A DNA stretch of 32,000 bases, from NCBI RefSeq assembly GCF_017876815.1, contig NZ_JAGIOS010000002.1, positions 510,001 through 542,000 on the forward strand. Reading direction: 5' to 3'. The notes under the pieces are model-generated. The model made no database searches and was not told the origin of the DNA. It worked only from the letters and a program-made list of their open reading frames with translations. This DNA comes from Sinorhizobium meliloti (GTDB taxonomy: Bacteria > Pseudomonadota > Alphaproteobacteria > Rhizobiales > Rhizobiaceae). Of the stretch, positions 8,487-17,507 are shown piece by piece (positions within the stretch are counted from its first letter, which is position 1; the number at the start of each line of letters is the position of its first letter). The position numbers and the translations under genes were made by a program.

Positions 8487-8956
8487 GTCGACATTCCTTC
8501 AAGCTGGGTATCGACGGGGGCAGGCCGGTTGATCCCCTCGAGAACGAGACCGCCTAGTTCCGGATTGGCCCGGCTGATGTCCCCAAGAGCCACGATGCCG
8601 GCCGCGTGTCGCTTCCCGTTGACGACGACGAGACGTCGGATTCGCAGGTTGTGCATCTTCTGGGCGGCAAGCAGGAGGCTGTCGTCCTCCTCGCAGGATT
8701 CGGCGGCGACCGTCATGAACTCGAACACGGCCGTCGAACTGGACAGCCCTTGTGCGACCACGGAGGTGACTATGTCCCGATCCGTGACGATCCCGAGGAT
8801 CGTTCCGACACCCGGCGTTTCCACAGGCACCGCGCCAACCCCTGTCTCAGCCATTAGCCGGGCGACGGATTGCGCCGTATCGGTGGGCGAAACGGTGAAA
8901 ACCTGTCGAGACATTACATCCCGAACACGGATCATCTTGTCTTCATAGCCGGCCAT
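8480..8956 (-). CDS. CBS domain-containing protein
   Basis: 158 aa with tandem CBS motifs (VRDVMSRQVFTVSP...GIVTDRDIV; ...RRLVVVNGKRHAAGIVALGDI). Start at MAGYEDK, with GGGAGGAG 8 nt upstream. Confidence 0.85.
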   Translation of the reverse strand: MAGYEDKMIRVRDVMSRQVFTVSPTDTAQSVARLMAETGVGAVPVETPGVGTILGIVTDRDIVTSVVAQGLSSSTAVFEFMTVAAESCEEDDSLLLAAQKMHNLRIRRLVVVNGKRHAAGIVALGDISRANPELGGLVLEGINRPAPVDTQLEGMSTC

Positions 8957-9146
8957 CGATGAGACTCCTCCCATTGATCGAGGCCGGAACTGCCACTTCA
9001 TCTGCCGTCGACTTCTTGAGAGTGAGGTCGACCCGGTAAGGGACAATAACCTGAGGTTGCCAGGTATTCCGCCCAGATTTCTTCGGATTTGGATTTTCAG
9101 GCGGCCGGGCAAATTTCGGACGCTTCTGTTTCAGTCGAACGCGCAC
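8943..9146 (-). CDS. candidate small basic protein (67 aa), GTG start
   Basis: GTG at 9146 is preceded by AAGGGAG with a 6-nt spacer. It lies about 50 nt downstream of the perfect EcfG-type promoter and overlaps the CBS start by 14 nt. No family recognised, and GC3 is only moderate. Confidence 0.35.
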   Translation of the reverse strand: MRVRLKQKRPKFARPPENPNPKKSGRNTWQPQVIVPYRVDLTLKKSTADEVAVPASINGRSLIDGRL

Positions 9147-9203
9147 GATACGCTCCCTTCTCTTGCGTGGACATGCGGGGGCTGAAAACGCAGCCTTTCG
9201 GTT

Positions 9204-9228
9204 AACGCACGAAGGTAGAAGGGGTTCC
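9204..9228 (-). promoter_or_regulatory. EcfG/RpoE2-type promoter, perfect consensus GGAAC-N16-CGTT (minus strand)
   Basis: On the plus strand, AACG at 9204-9207, a 16-nt spacer, then GTTCC at 9224-9228. It lies just downstream of the stop at 9253 and upstream of the sORF-CBS-DUF982 string. Confidence 0.6.
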
Positions 9229-9252
9229 GGTCTAATCGCCCGGGCGGCCGTC

Positions 9253-9516
9253 TCAGAGCGGCTCAGGATCCAGATCCGTCCGGGCCCTCGCATCCTGCAG
9301 GATGGAAGCGATTTCCGTCGTCATCGCGTTCTGCCTGGCAAAGGCTTCCGAGGGTACGACGCCGGGATCTTCCTCATGGTCCTGAACGATCGGGACATCT
9401 TCCAGGGCACGGTTGATCTCCGCCCAGACGTCCTTGTGGCGGTAAAGCGCGGATAGAACGGCAACAAGGATTTCTCTTTGCGCCGCCAGCCGAAACTCGA
9501 TTCTTTGATTTTCCAT
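9253..9516 (-). CDS. hypothetical protein (87 aa)
   Basis: Start taken at MENQRIEF within the 9253..9555 ORF. Codon usage looks coding-like. No family recognised. Confidence 0.5.
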   Translation of the reverse strand: MENQRIEFRLAAQREILVAVLSALYRHKDVWAEINRALEDVPIVQDHEEDPGVVPSEAFARQNAMTTEIASILQDARARTDLDPEPL

Positions 9517-9647
9517 GGTGCCCCCAGAGGCTTGCGTGGCGGCGCCAACCGCCACGCTCGTGATTCAGGGGATAGGAACCGCACGAAGCAGACTTGCGCA
9601 TGCATGCTGCGCACCTACAGCGCCGCGTCTCCGTCAGACGCGCAAAG

Positions 9648-9929
9648 CTACTGCAAGACTTCCACGACCGTGTGCGTCTTCGGATTTACGACAACGCGCT
9701 TATCGTTGACGATGGCATAGGCAAAATCGGGCTGGTCCGGAATCGTGTGAATCTCCACCGTTTCGGGAATCGGTTGCCCGACCACGATCTCACCTTCGTA
9801 GGCGATCGAAGGCGTGTTCTGCTCCATTACATAGGTTCTTACTTCGCCCGGCAGGACGACCGTCGTCTGCGCGACGGCCGATGAGCCGATCAAAAGCAGG
9901 GCAGCAGTCATAGAGGCAATTCTCTTCAT
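9648..9929 (-). CDS. DUF1236 domain-containing secreted protein
   Basis: Signal peptide (MKRIASMTAALLLIGSSAVAQ) followed by the DUF1236-like pattern VRTYVMEQ...YEGEIVVGQPIPETVEIHTIPD...YAIVNDKRVVVNP. Confidence 0.8.
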   Translation of the reverse strand: MKRIASMTAALLLIGSSAVAQTTVVLPGEVRTYVMEQNTPSIAYEGEIVVGQPIPETVEIHTIPDQPDFAYAIVNDKRVVVNPKTHTVVEVLQ

Positions 9930-9971
9930 GGCGTTCTCCTTCCACTCAACTGGATGTCCCTAGACCACTCA

Positions 9972-9996
9972 AACTGGTGACGTCGCTTTTGGTTCC
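9972..9996 (-). promoter_or_regulatory. EcfG-like promoter candidate (GGAAC-N16-AGTT, minus strand)
   Basis: On the plus strand, AACT at 9972-9975 and GTTCC at 9992-9996. It lies 43 nt upstream of the DUF1236 ATG (9929). Confidence 0.4.
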
Positions 9997-10169
9997 CGTG
10001 GGCGGGCGGCGGAGTTGCCGGCATATCTCCGCGTGAATGGCCGTATGATCAGGTGCCGGATTGATGCGCGCCCGGAAATATCCCCAGAGCCTCAGGAACC
10101 AAAGGGCCGGAAAGGCATTTCCTAACGTCACCTGGAGAAATCATCATAGGCAGAAGGGCAATATTCGAC

Positions 10170-10691
10170 ATGCCTGCTATCGGCGGTCACGCATCGCGAC
10201 AATCACCGTTGCTTGAGGAGCAAGTCGTCGATCTGATTCCCGCTCTGCGGGCGTTCGCGCGTACGTTCACGTCAGCGTCGTTCGAGGCCGACGACCTCGT
10301 GCAGGAGACATTGCTCCGGGCGCTGAGAAGCATCGAGCAGTTCGAGCCCGGCACGAGTCTCAAGTCCTGGCTGTTCACGATCATGCGCAATGCGTTTCGC
10401 ACGCAGTACAAGATTCGCACGCGGGAAAGCCCGGGGAGCACCAATTGCGCCGAATTGCCGATTCCAACCGCGCCGTCGCAGGAGTGGTCCGTCCTCAACG
10501 GCGAGCTACGCAGCGCGCTTGGGGCTCTTTCACCGGAGCACCGCGAAGTCCTCGTGCTCGTTGCCGGGTTCGGAATGAGCTATAAGGAAGCCGCTGACAT
10601 ATGCGACTGCGCGATCGGTACGATCAAGAGCCGGCTCAGCCGGGCACGCGACGAACTGACGGCGCAAATGCACGGAAATCCGCTGAACTGA
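10170..10691 (+). CDS. ECF (sigma-70 family) RNA polymerase sigma factor, EcfG-like
   Basis: Region 2 (DDLVQETLLRALRSIEQFEPGTSLKSWLFTIMRNAF) and region 4 (LSPEHREVLVLVAGFGMSYKEAADICDCAIGTIKSRLSRAR) are both present. Its position next to MFS and cyoABCD recalls S. meliloti rpoE5; this is from memory and unverified. Confidence 0.9.
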   Translation: MPAIGGHASRQSPLLEEQVVDLIPALRAFARTFTSASFEADDLVQETLLRALRSIEQFEPGTSLKSWLFTIMRNAFRTQYKIRTRESPGSTNCAELPIPTAPSQEWSVLNGELRSALGALSPEHREVLVLVAGFGMSYKEAADICDCAIGTIKSRLSRARDELTAQMHGNPLN

Positions 10692-10729
10692 GCGGACGGG
10701 CGGCTCTGTGCTGGCAAACCGGCTTCCGG

Positions 10730-10888
10730 TTAGCGCTTCCGATCGTCAAGGGCCTTTTGCAACTCCCGCGCCAGTTCGAGAAGTCGCTCCGGGACCGCTT
10801 CCGTGCGCATCTTCTGGACGAGCAGTGCAATCCGCTCGTCAACGGCTTTTTCCGCGTCCGCATCCGCGGAAGCCCTGCTATCGTCCAT
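10730..10888 (-). CDS. NepR-like anti-sigma factor candidate (52 aa)
   Basis: Hand-translated ORF, below the 60-aa cutoff of the ORF track: MDDSRASADADAEKAVDERIALLVQKMRTEAVPERLLELARELQKALDDRKR. The I..L......VPERLLEL...L helix resembles the NepR sigma-binding motif. It is convergent with the ECF sigma gene, with 38 nt between the stops. Confidence 0.45.
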   Translation of the reverse strand: MDDSRASADADAEKAVDERIALLVQKMRTEAVPERLLELARELQKALDDRKR

Positions 10889-11101
10889 TCGCCCGTCCTT
10901 AATCACGACCCGGATCCTGCTACAGAATATTGTTCCCGCTTACCGCTGTAAATCATCAAAACGGCGGGCGTGAAAGGGCTACAGCCATGGTGAGCTGAAA
11001 CATTCTTCCGACCGTGAGGGTAAACCGGAAACTTTATACCTCGGCCCGAATACCGTTTACCGACGCGTTCCGCAAGCGCACCGCGCTTTCAGCATGCGCG
11101 G

Positions 11102-11290
11102 TTACTTGTCCGAGACGTGTTCCTTCTTTCCCTTGCGCTTGGTCGAGGCCATTTCCTCGAGTTCCTTCTCGGTCATGGACTCTTCCATGCCCTTAGAGGC
11201 GCCCTTGAGTTCGCTCTTCTTCTTCTCGCCTCGTTTGGCGGCAAGGGCCGCGCCGGCGGCCTTCTGCTGCGCCTTCGACTTTGCAGGCAT
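11102..11290 (-). CDS. DUF3008 family protein
   Basis: MPAKSKAQQKAAGAALAAKRGEKKKSELKGASKGMEESMTEKELEEMAS is typical of DUF3008. AAGGAGAAAGGAG lies upstream of the ATG at 11290. Confidence 0.75.
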   Translation of the reverse strand: MPAKSKAQQKAAGAALAAKRGEKKKSELKGASKGMEESMTEKELEEMASTKRKGKKEHVSDK

Positions 11291-11370
11291 GGCTCCTTTC
11301 TCCTTTCGGTGCATGGCACTCACCGCAATGCACGGAACCAGTTCGCTCCCGCACCGCGCGTCGCTGCCGG

Positions 11371-11395
11371 AACCGGCGAGACTCGATTATGTTCC
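11371..11395 (-). promoter_or_regulatory. EcfG-like promoter candidate (GGAAC-N16-GGTT, minus strand)
   Basis: On the plus strand, AACC at 11371-11374 and GTTCC at 11391-11395, 81 nt upstream of the DUF3008 ATG. The site is part of a larger CGGAAC...GTTCCG inverted repeat, so a dimeric-regulator site is an alternative reading. Confidence 0.3.
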
Positions 11396-11497
11396 GCCGT
11401 TCGAGCGAGCTTTACGGTTCTGGTCGGCGGAAACAATGACGGAAGCTCGGGGGCACATGGCGGGACGGGAACGAAGGCGCTTCCGTCCCGATTTCCT

Positions 11498-12841
11498 CTA
11501 TTCGTTGTCGATCTCCAGTTTCTTGCTGAAGACCAGCGCGAGGATCGTGCAAAGGGCGCCGGAGAGAAGATAGTAGCCCGCGAAGGCGAGCCCGAAGCGG
11601 CTGGTCAGCCCTAGTGCCACCAGCGGCGCAAAGCCTGCGCCGATCAGCCAGGACAGGTCCGAGGTGAGCGCCGCCCCCGTATAGCGGTAGGCCTTGCCGA
11701 AGCGCGACGCAACGGCTCCGGCGGCCTGGCCGAAGGAGAGGCCTAGGATCGTGAAGCCGACGATCACGAAGACATCGCGACCGGTGGCGCCAGCCTGGAG
11801 CAGCACCGGGGCGACGAAGCTGAAGATCGCGATCAGGACCGCGCAAATTCCGAGGTGATTGCGCCGGCCGATACGATCGGCAATCAGCCCGGAAGCGATG
11901 ATGGCGAGGATGCCGCAGACCGCGCCGAGGAACTGCACCATCAGGAACGAACTTGCGCCATGATCCGTGTAGATTTCCACCCAGCTGAGCGGAAACACGG
12001 TCACCAGATGGAAGAGAGCGAAGCTTGCAAGCGGGACGAAGGCGCCGACGAGGACGTTGCCTCCATTTACCCTGAGCACTTCCGTGACCCGGGCCGCCTG
12101 AAGTTCGTGCAGGTCGAGCAGCGTTCCGAATTCCTTGGTCATGACGAGCCGCAGGCGCGTGAACAGCGCGACGACGTTGATCGCAAAGGCTACGAAGAAC
12201 GGGTAGCGCCAACCCCAGGCGAGAAAGTCCGCTTCCGAAATCGACACGAGAAAATAGGCGAAGAGGGCGCTGGCGAGCATGAAGCCGAGGGGCGCGCCCA
12301 GCTGCGGAATCATCGCGTACCAGCCGCGATGGTGCTGCGGCGCGTTCAGAGCGAGAAGCGAGGCGAGCCCGTCCCAGGCGCCGCCAAGCGCAAAACCCTG
12401 ACCGAGACGAAAGACGGCAAGGAGCACGATGGACCAGGCGCCGAGCGTCGCATAGCCCGGCAGGAAGGCAATCGAGGCCGTCGAGCCTCCGAGAAGGAAA
12501 AGTGCGATCGTCAGCTTGACGCCTCGGCCGTAAGTCCGGTCGATGGCCATGAAGACCAGCGAACCGACCAGTCTTGCAACGAAGGCGAGCGAAAAAATGG
12601 CGAAGGAGTAGAGCGTCGCCGTCAGCCGATCGGGGGCGAAAGGAAAGAAGAGCTGCGGAAAGACGACCACCGAGGCTATGCCATAGACGAAGAAGTCGAA
12701 GAATTCCGCTGCCCGGCCGATGACGACGCCGATGGCGATATTGCCGGCGGATACGGGCGTGTCGTCGTGAATGCGCCGCGCGTCGCGCTCCATCGAAGAG
12801 GACGACGGTCCCAGGGACTGTTGCATTGCACTGCTCATCAA
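11498..12841 (-). CDS. MFS transporter, metabolite/H+ symporter (MHS) type
   Basis: 447 aa, 12-TM-like. The N-terminal pattern GRAAEFFDFFVYG...RLVGSLVFMAIDRTYGR is typical of MHS-family symporters. Confidence 0.9.
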   Translation of the reverse strand: MMSSAMQQSLGPSSSSMERDARRIHDDTPVSAGNIAIGVVIGRAAEFFDFFVYGIASVVVFPQLFFPFAPDRLTATLYSFAIFSLAFVARLVGSLVFMAIDRTYGRGVKLTIALFLLGGSTASIAFLPGYATLGAWSIVLLAVFRLGQGFALGGAWDGLASLLALNAPQHHRGWYAMIPQLGAPLGFMLASALFAYFLVSISEADFLAWGWRYPFFVAFAINVVALFTRLRLVMTKEFGTLLDLHELQAARVTEVLRVNGGNVLVGAFVPLASFALFHLVTVFPLSWVEIYTDHGASSFLMVQFLGAVCGILAIIASGLIADRIGRRNHLGICAVLIAIFSFVAPVLLQAGATGRDVFVIVGFTILGLSFGQAAGAVASRFGKAYRYTGAALTSDLSWLIGAGFAPLVALGLTSRFGLAFAGYYLLSGALCTILALVFSKKLEIDNE

Positions 12842-13137
12842 ACGCCTCCCGCGCTCGCACGGGGGCTAAGAACATGCGGTGTTCCGCCGCACCCGCTCGT
12901 ACTCTCAAGATGAGAGCGCAAGGCTCCCTTGGAGGGATCTTGACCAATCAACCGTTCATATCAAGGGGAGAAACGCGAAATAATGCGTTTCACGTCCTCA
13001 CTGTCTGCAAGCGGCGGAAGATGCTGCGTCGCAAAACGACTGCGGCGGATTGCTGCAGTGCGACCATCGACCTCATACCTTTCCCATCCACTCTACTTTA
13101 GTCGCAGGGCCGTCGAAACAAAATAGAGCTCCGAGCC

Positions 13138-14298
13138 GTGCCAGAACTGTTGAAGTTTTCCCGCCGCCTCGCCGTTTTGCCGCTTTTCCTCGTGATGGCG
13201 GGATGCGACATGGTGGTGATGTCGCCATCCGGCGATATCGCTGCGCAGCAACGCGATCTGATCGTCATATCGACGATCCTCATGCTGCTGATCATCGTCC
13301 CGGTCGTTTTCCTGACGCTTTTCTTCGCTTGGCGGTATCGGCGGTCCAACACGAGCGCCACCTACGATCCGGAGTGGCACCACTCGACGGCGCTCGAGGT
13401 GGTGATCTGGTCGGCACCGCTTGCGATCATCATCGCGCTCGGGGCGATTACCTGGATCAGCACGCACAAGCTCGACCCCTATCGACCGCTCGACCGGCTG
13501 GATGCGGAAAGGGCGATCCCCGCGGATGCCAGACCGCTCACCGTCGAGGTCGTGGCGCTCGACTGGAAATGGCTGTTCTTCTATCCCGACCTCGGGGTCG
13601 CGGCCGTCAACGAGCTCGCAGCGCCCGTCGACGTTCCGATCCATTTCAAGATCACCGCCTCCTCGGTGATGAACTCCTTCTATATTCCGGCCCTTGCCGG
13701 CCAGATCTATGCGATGCCGGGCATGGAAACAAAGCTCCACGCGGTGATCAACAAGCCGGGCGAATATGAAGGCTTCTCGGCCAATTACAGCGGCGACGGC
13801 TTTTCCCACATGCGCTTCAAGTTCCACGGGCTCGACCGGCAGGGCTTCGACGATTGGGTCGCGCGGGTGAAGGCGCAGGGAACCGCGCTCAACCGCGACG
13901 CCTATCTGAAGCTCGAAAAGCCGAGCGAAAGGGAGCCGGTCCGCTATTACGCCGCGGTCGAGGACGGCTTGTATCGGGCAATCCTCAATCTATGCGTCAC
14001 ACCCGGCAAGATGTGCATGGAGGAGATGATGCACATCGACATGATGGGGGGCGCCGGCAAGGAGAGCGCCGAGAACCGGGAAAAGCTGGAATACGACAAC
14101 AGGCATTCCCTGGCGGAAGGAGCACCGGCCGCAACGCACCCGGCGACGGGCACACCCGCGCGCAGCCAGCAGGAGCCGCAGGGCACTGGCGCCGAGGAGC
14201 CGATGCAGCACGATATGCCCATGGGAGGACACGAGGGACACTCGATGCCGGGCATGAACCATCAGAGCGATCCGGCACCGCCGCAGCTCAACCATTGA
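13138..14298 (+). CDS. cyoA: cytochrome o ubiquinol oxidase subunit II
   Basis: Lipoprotein signal (LVMAGC), two TM helices and a cupredoxin-like domain. Followed by cyoBCD. GTG start. Carries a Met/His-rich C-terminal extension of about 70 aa. Confidence 0.9.
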   Translation: MPELLKFSRRLAVLPLFLVMAGCDMVVMSPSGDIAAQQRDLIVISTILMLLIIVPVVFLTLFFAWRYRRSNTSATYDPEWHHSTALEVVIWSAPLAIIIALGAITWISTHKLDPYRPLDRLDAERAIPADARPLTVEVVALDWKWLFFYPDLGVAAVNELAAPVDVPIHFKITASSVMNSFYIPALAGQIYAMPGMETKLHAVINKPGEYEGFSANYSGDGFSHMRFKFHGLDRQGFDDWVARVKAQGTALNRDAYLKLEKPSEREPVRYYAAVEDGLYRAILNLCVTPGKMCMEEMMHIDMMGGAGKESAENREKLEYDNRHSLAEGAPAATHPATGTPARSQQEPQGTGAEEPMQHDMPMGGHEGHSMPGMNHQSDPAPPQLNH

Positions 14299-14335
14299 AC
14301 ACGGCGCGTTGCGCCAACGATTGAACAGGTTTCCG

Positions 14336-16345
14336 ATGTTCTCCGATCCAGATTTTCTGAAGCTCATCTTCGGCCGGCTTACCCTCGACGCGATCCCTTA
14401 TCACGAGCCGATCCTCGTCGTGACCTTTCTCGCCGTCGCGCTCGGCGGCATCGCGCTGATCGGCCTCATCACCTATTACCGCTTCTGGGGGACGCTCTGG
14501 CGCGACTGGCTGACGAGCGTCGACCACAAGAAGATCGGCATCATGTACATCATTCTCGCGCTGGTGATGCTGCTGCGCGGATTTTCCGACGCGATCATGA
14601 TGCGGCTGCAGCAGGCGATGGCCTTCGGCGGCTCGGAAGGCTACCTGCCGCCGCATCACTACGACCAGGTCTTCACCGCACACGGCGTGATCATGATCTT
14701 CTTCATGGCGATGCCCTTCGTGACGGGGCTGATGAACTTCGTCGTGCCGCTGCAGATCGGCGCGCGCGACGTCTCCTTCCCCTTCCTCAACAATTTCAGC
14801 TTCTGGATGACGACGGCCGGCGCGATCATCATCATGCTGTCGCTCTTCGTCGGCGAGTTCGCGCGGACCGGATGGCTTGCCTATCCGCCGCTGTCGGGCG
14901 CGGACTACAGCCCCGGCGTCGGGGTCGACTATTACATCTGGGGCCTGCAGATCGCCGGCATCGGAACGACGCTGTCGGGGATAAACCTCATCGCCACCAT
15001 CGTGAAGATGCGCGCCCCCGGCATGACGATGATGAAGATGCCGGTCTTCACCTGGACGTCGCTCTGCACCAATGTGCTGATCGTCGCCACCTTCCCGGTG
15101 CTGACCGCGACGCTGGCGCTGCTTACGCTCGACCGCTATGCCGGCACGAACTTCTTCACCAACGACCTCGGCGGCAATCCGATGATGTATGTCAACCTCA
15201 TCTGGATCTGGGGCCATCCGGAGGTCTACATCCTCATCCTGCCGGCCTTCGGCATTTTCTCGGAAGTCGTCGCGACCTTCTGCGGCAAGCGGCTCTTCGG
15301 CTATGCCTCGATGGTCTATGCCACGGTCGTCATCACCATCCTCTCCTACATCGTCTGGCTGCACCACTTCTTCACCATGGGCTCGGGTGCGAGCGTCAAC
15401 GCCTTCTTCGGCATCACGACGATGATCATCTCGATCCCGACCGGAGCGAAGATGTTCAACTGGCTCTTCACCATGTATCGCGGCCGCATCCGCTACGAGG
15501 TGCCTATGCTGTGGACCATCGGTTTCATGGTGACCTTCGTCCTCGGCGGCATGACCGGCGTCTTGCTTGCCGTTCCGCCGGCCGATTTCGTCCTGCACAA
15601 TTCGCTGTTCCTCATCGCCCACTTCCACAATGTCATCATCGGCGGCGTCGTCTTCGGGCTGATGGCAGGCGTCGTCTACTGGTTCCCGAAGGCCTTCGGA
15701 TTCAGGCTCGATCCGTTCTGGGGCAAGATGTCCTTCTGGTTCTGGCTGACCGGCTTCTACTTCGCCTTCATGCCGCTCTACGTGCTCGGGCTCATGGGGG
15801 TCACGCGCCGCGTCAGCCAGTTCGAGGATCCCTCGCTGCAGATCTGGTTCGTCATCGCGGCCTTCGGCGCCTTCCTGATCGCGCTCGGCATCCTGTCGAT
15901 GCTGATCCAGCTCGTCGTCAGCTTCGTGAGGCGCGAAGAGCTGCGCGACACGACCGGCGACCCCTGGGACGGGCGCACGCTCGAATGGTCGACCGCCTCG
16001 CCACCACCGGATTACAACTTCGCCTTCACCCCGCTCGTCCACGATCAGGACTCCTGGTGGGATATGAAAAAGCGCGGCCACAGCCGGCCGCTTGTAGGCT
16101 TTAAGCCGATCCACATGCCGAAGAACACCGGCACAGGCGTCATCCTCGGAGCGATCAGCGTCGTCTTCGCCTTCGCCATGGTCTGGTACATGTGGTGGCT
16201 GGTGATCCTCTCCTTCGTCGCCATGGCGGCGATCGCCATCGGCCACACCTTCAATTATGACCGCGACTTCCACATTCCCGCAAACGTCGTCGCCGACACA
16301 GAGGGCAAGCGGACCGAAGCGCTTGCCGCCGAGGTGCAAGCATGA
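14336..16345 (+). CDS. cyoB: cytochrome o ubiquinol oxidase subunit I
   Basis: Haem-copper oxidase subunit I signatures (WFFGHPEVY-like [36 protein letters not shown]). ATG at 14336 is preferred over the TTG at 14309. Confidence 0.95.
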   Translation: MFSDPDFLKLIFGRLTLDAIPYHEPILVVTFLAVALGGIALIGLITYYRFWGTLWRDWLTSVDHKKIGIMYIILALVMLLRGFSDAIMMRLQQAMAFGGSEGYLPPHHYDQVFTAHGVIMIFFMAMPFVTGLMNFVVPLQIGARDVSFPFLNNFSFWMTTAGAIIIMLSLFVGEFARTGWLAYPPLSGADYSPGVGVDYYIWGLQIAGIGTTLSGINLIATIVKMRAPGMTMMKMPVFTWTSLCTNVLIVATFPVLTATLALLTLDRYAGTNFFTNDLGGNPMMYVNLIWIWGHPEVYILILPAFGIFSEVVATFCGKRLFGYASMVYATVVITILSYIVWLHHFFTMGSGASVNAFFGITTMIISIPTGAKMFNWLFTMYRGRIRYEVPMLWTIGFMVTFVLGGMTGVLLAVPPADFVLHNSLFLIAHFHNVIIGGVVFGLMAGVVYWFPKAFGFRLDPFWGKMSFWFWLTGFYFAFMPLYVLGLMGVTRRVSQFEDPSLQIWFVIAAFGAFLIALGILSMLIQLVVSFVRREELRDTTGDPWDGRTLEWSTASPPPDYNFAFTPLVHDQDSWWDMKKRGHSRPLVGFKPIHMPKNTGTGVILGAISVVFAFAMVWYMWWLVILSFVAMAAIAIGHTFNYDRDFHIPANVVADTEGKRTEALAAEVQA

Positions 16346-16974
16346 CCGAGTTCCATACCGAACGCGCGCTCGATGAGGGACAGGCGCCGGCCTTCTACCT
16401 GACGGAGGAGCATCACCCCGAAGGGAGCACGATGCTCGGCTTCTGGCTCTATCTGATGAGCGACTGCCTGATCTTCGCGGTTCTCTTCGCCACCCATGCG
16501 GTTCTCGGCCGCAACTATGCCGCCGGCCCCTCGCCCGCCGATCTCTTCGACCTGCCGCTCGTCGCGGTGAACACGTCGATGCTGCTTTTCTCCTCGATCA
16601 CCTACGGCTTCGCCATGCTGGCGATGGAACGTTACGAGAAAAAAGCGACGCTCACCTGGATGGCCGTCACCGCGCTCTTCGGCATCGCCTTCGTCGGGCT
16701 CGAGTTCTACGAGTTCGCGCATCTGCTCCATGAGGGCGCCGGACCGCAGCGTAGCGCCTTCCTGTCGTCTTTCTTCACGCTCGTCGGCACGCACGGCCTG
16801 CACGTGACCGCCGGCATCGTCTGGATGTTCGTGCTCATGGCGCAAGTCGCAAAGCGCGGACTGATCCCGGAAAACAAGCGCCGCCTCATGTGCCTTTCGA
16901 TGTTCTGGCACTTCCTCGACGTCGTCTGGATCGGCGTCTTTTCCTTCGTCTATCTGATGGGAGTTCTCGGATGA
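16342..16974 (+). CDS. cyoC: cytochrome o ubiquinol oxidase subunit III
   Basis: 210-aa, 5-TM subunit III-like protein. Its start overlaps the cyoB stop (ATGA). Confidence 0.95.
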   Translation: MTEFHTERALDEGQAPAFYLTEEHHPEGSTMLGFWLYLMSDCLIFAVLFATHAVLGRNYAAGPSPADLFDLPLVAVNTSMLLFSSITYGFAMLAMERYEKKATLTWMAVTALFGIAFVGLEFYEFAHLLHEGAGPQRSAFLSSFFTLVGTHGLHVTAGIVWMFVLMAQVAKRGLIPENKRRLMCLSMFWHFLDVVWIGVFSFVYLMGVLG

Positions 16975-17372
16975 GTACGCACGCACCTTCGCACGAGGAC
17001 GCTTTCGAGGCCCATCACGGCCACAGCCATGGTCACGACGCGGGACACGGAACGCTGAAGAGTTACGCGACCGGCTTCGTCCTCTCCGTCATCCTGACCG
17101 CGATCCCCTTCTGGCTGGTGATGGCCGACATTCTCGACAGCGCCGTCCTCACCGCCGCGATCATCATGGCCCTCGGCGCCGTCCAGATCGTCGTCCACAT
17201 GATCTTCTTCCTGCACATGAACACCCGTTCCGAGGGCGGCTGGACGATGATGGCGTTGATCTTCACGATCCTTCTCGTCGCCATCGCGCTTTCCGGCTCG
17301 CTCTGGGTCATGCATCATCTGAACACGAACATGATGCCGATGAGCCCGGAAATGATGAAGAACATGCCGTGA
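16971..17372 (+). CDS. cyoD: cytochrome o ubiquinol oxidase subunit IV
   Basis: 133 aa with a His-rich N-terminus followed by [19 protein letters not shown]. Its ATG overlaps the cyoC stop (ATGA). Confidence 0.9.
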   Translation: MSTHAPSHEDAFEAHHGHSHGHDAGHGTLKSYATGFVLSVILTAIPFWLVMADILDSAVLTAAIIMALGAVQIVVHMIFFLHMNTRSEGGWTMMALIFTILLVAIALSGSLWVMHHLNTNMMPMSPEMMKNMP

Positions 17373-17384
17373 ATCGGGACTTCG

Positions 17385-17465
17385 CCCCTCTCCTCGGGTT
17401 TAACCCGAGGACTAACCCTCTCCCCGCATGCAGGGAGAAGGTGGCGGCAGCCGGATGAGGGGGCG
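17385..17465. repeat. rhizobial intergenic repeat element (REP-like) after cyoD
   Basis: Perfect hairpin CCTCGGGTT-t-AACCCGAGG (17392-17410). This is followed by CCCTCTCCCCGCATGCAGGGAGAAGGTGGCGGCAGCCGGATGAGGGGG, a motif type that recurs in rhizobial intergenic DNA (from memory). Confidence 0.5.
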
Positions 17466-17507
17466 CAAGCCTCGATCATATTGGTTCCGCTTCGAAGCAA
17501 GAACGTC

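Noticed and set aside
10895-10940. GGAAC upstream of the NepR-like ORF as its EcfG promoter.
   Set aside because: No CGTT or NGTT lies at N16-17; the sequence there is ATCC. The promoter for this ORF remains unidentified.
12935-12960. Possible FNR/FixK box (TTGACCAATCAA) upstream of cyoA.
   Set aside because: The half-site spacing is wrong. The palindrome is 12 bp, not the 14-bp TTGAT-N4-ATCAA.
14288-16339. 683-aa minus-strand ORF antisense to cyoB. Similar long ORFs are 813..1940 (+), 3211..4383 (-), 11412..12947 (-), 21727..23373 (-), 24626..25738 (-), 25787..27067 (-), 25795..27873 (+) and 28774..29871 (+).
   Set aside because: These are typical high-GC shadow ORFs. Their translations are Arg/Gly/Asp/His-rich low-complexity strings. 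They lie opposite to, or out of frame with, genes that have unambiguous family signatures.
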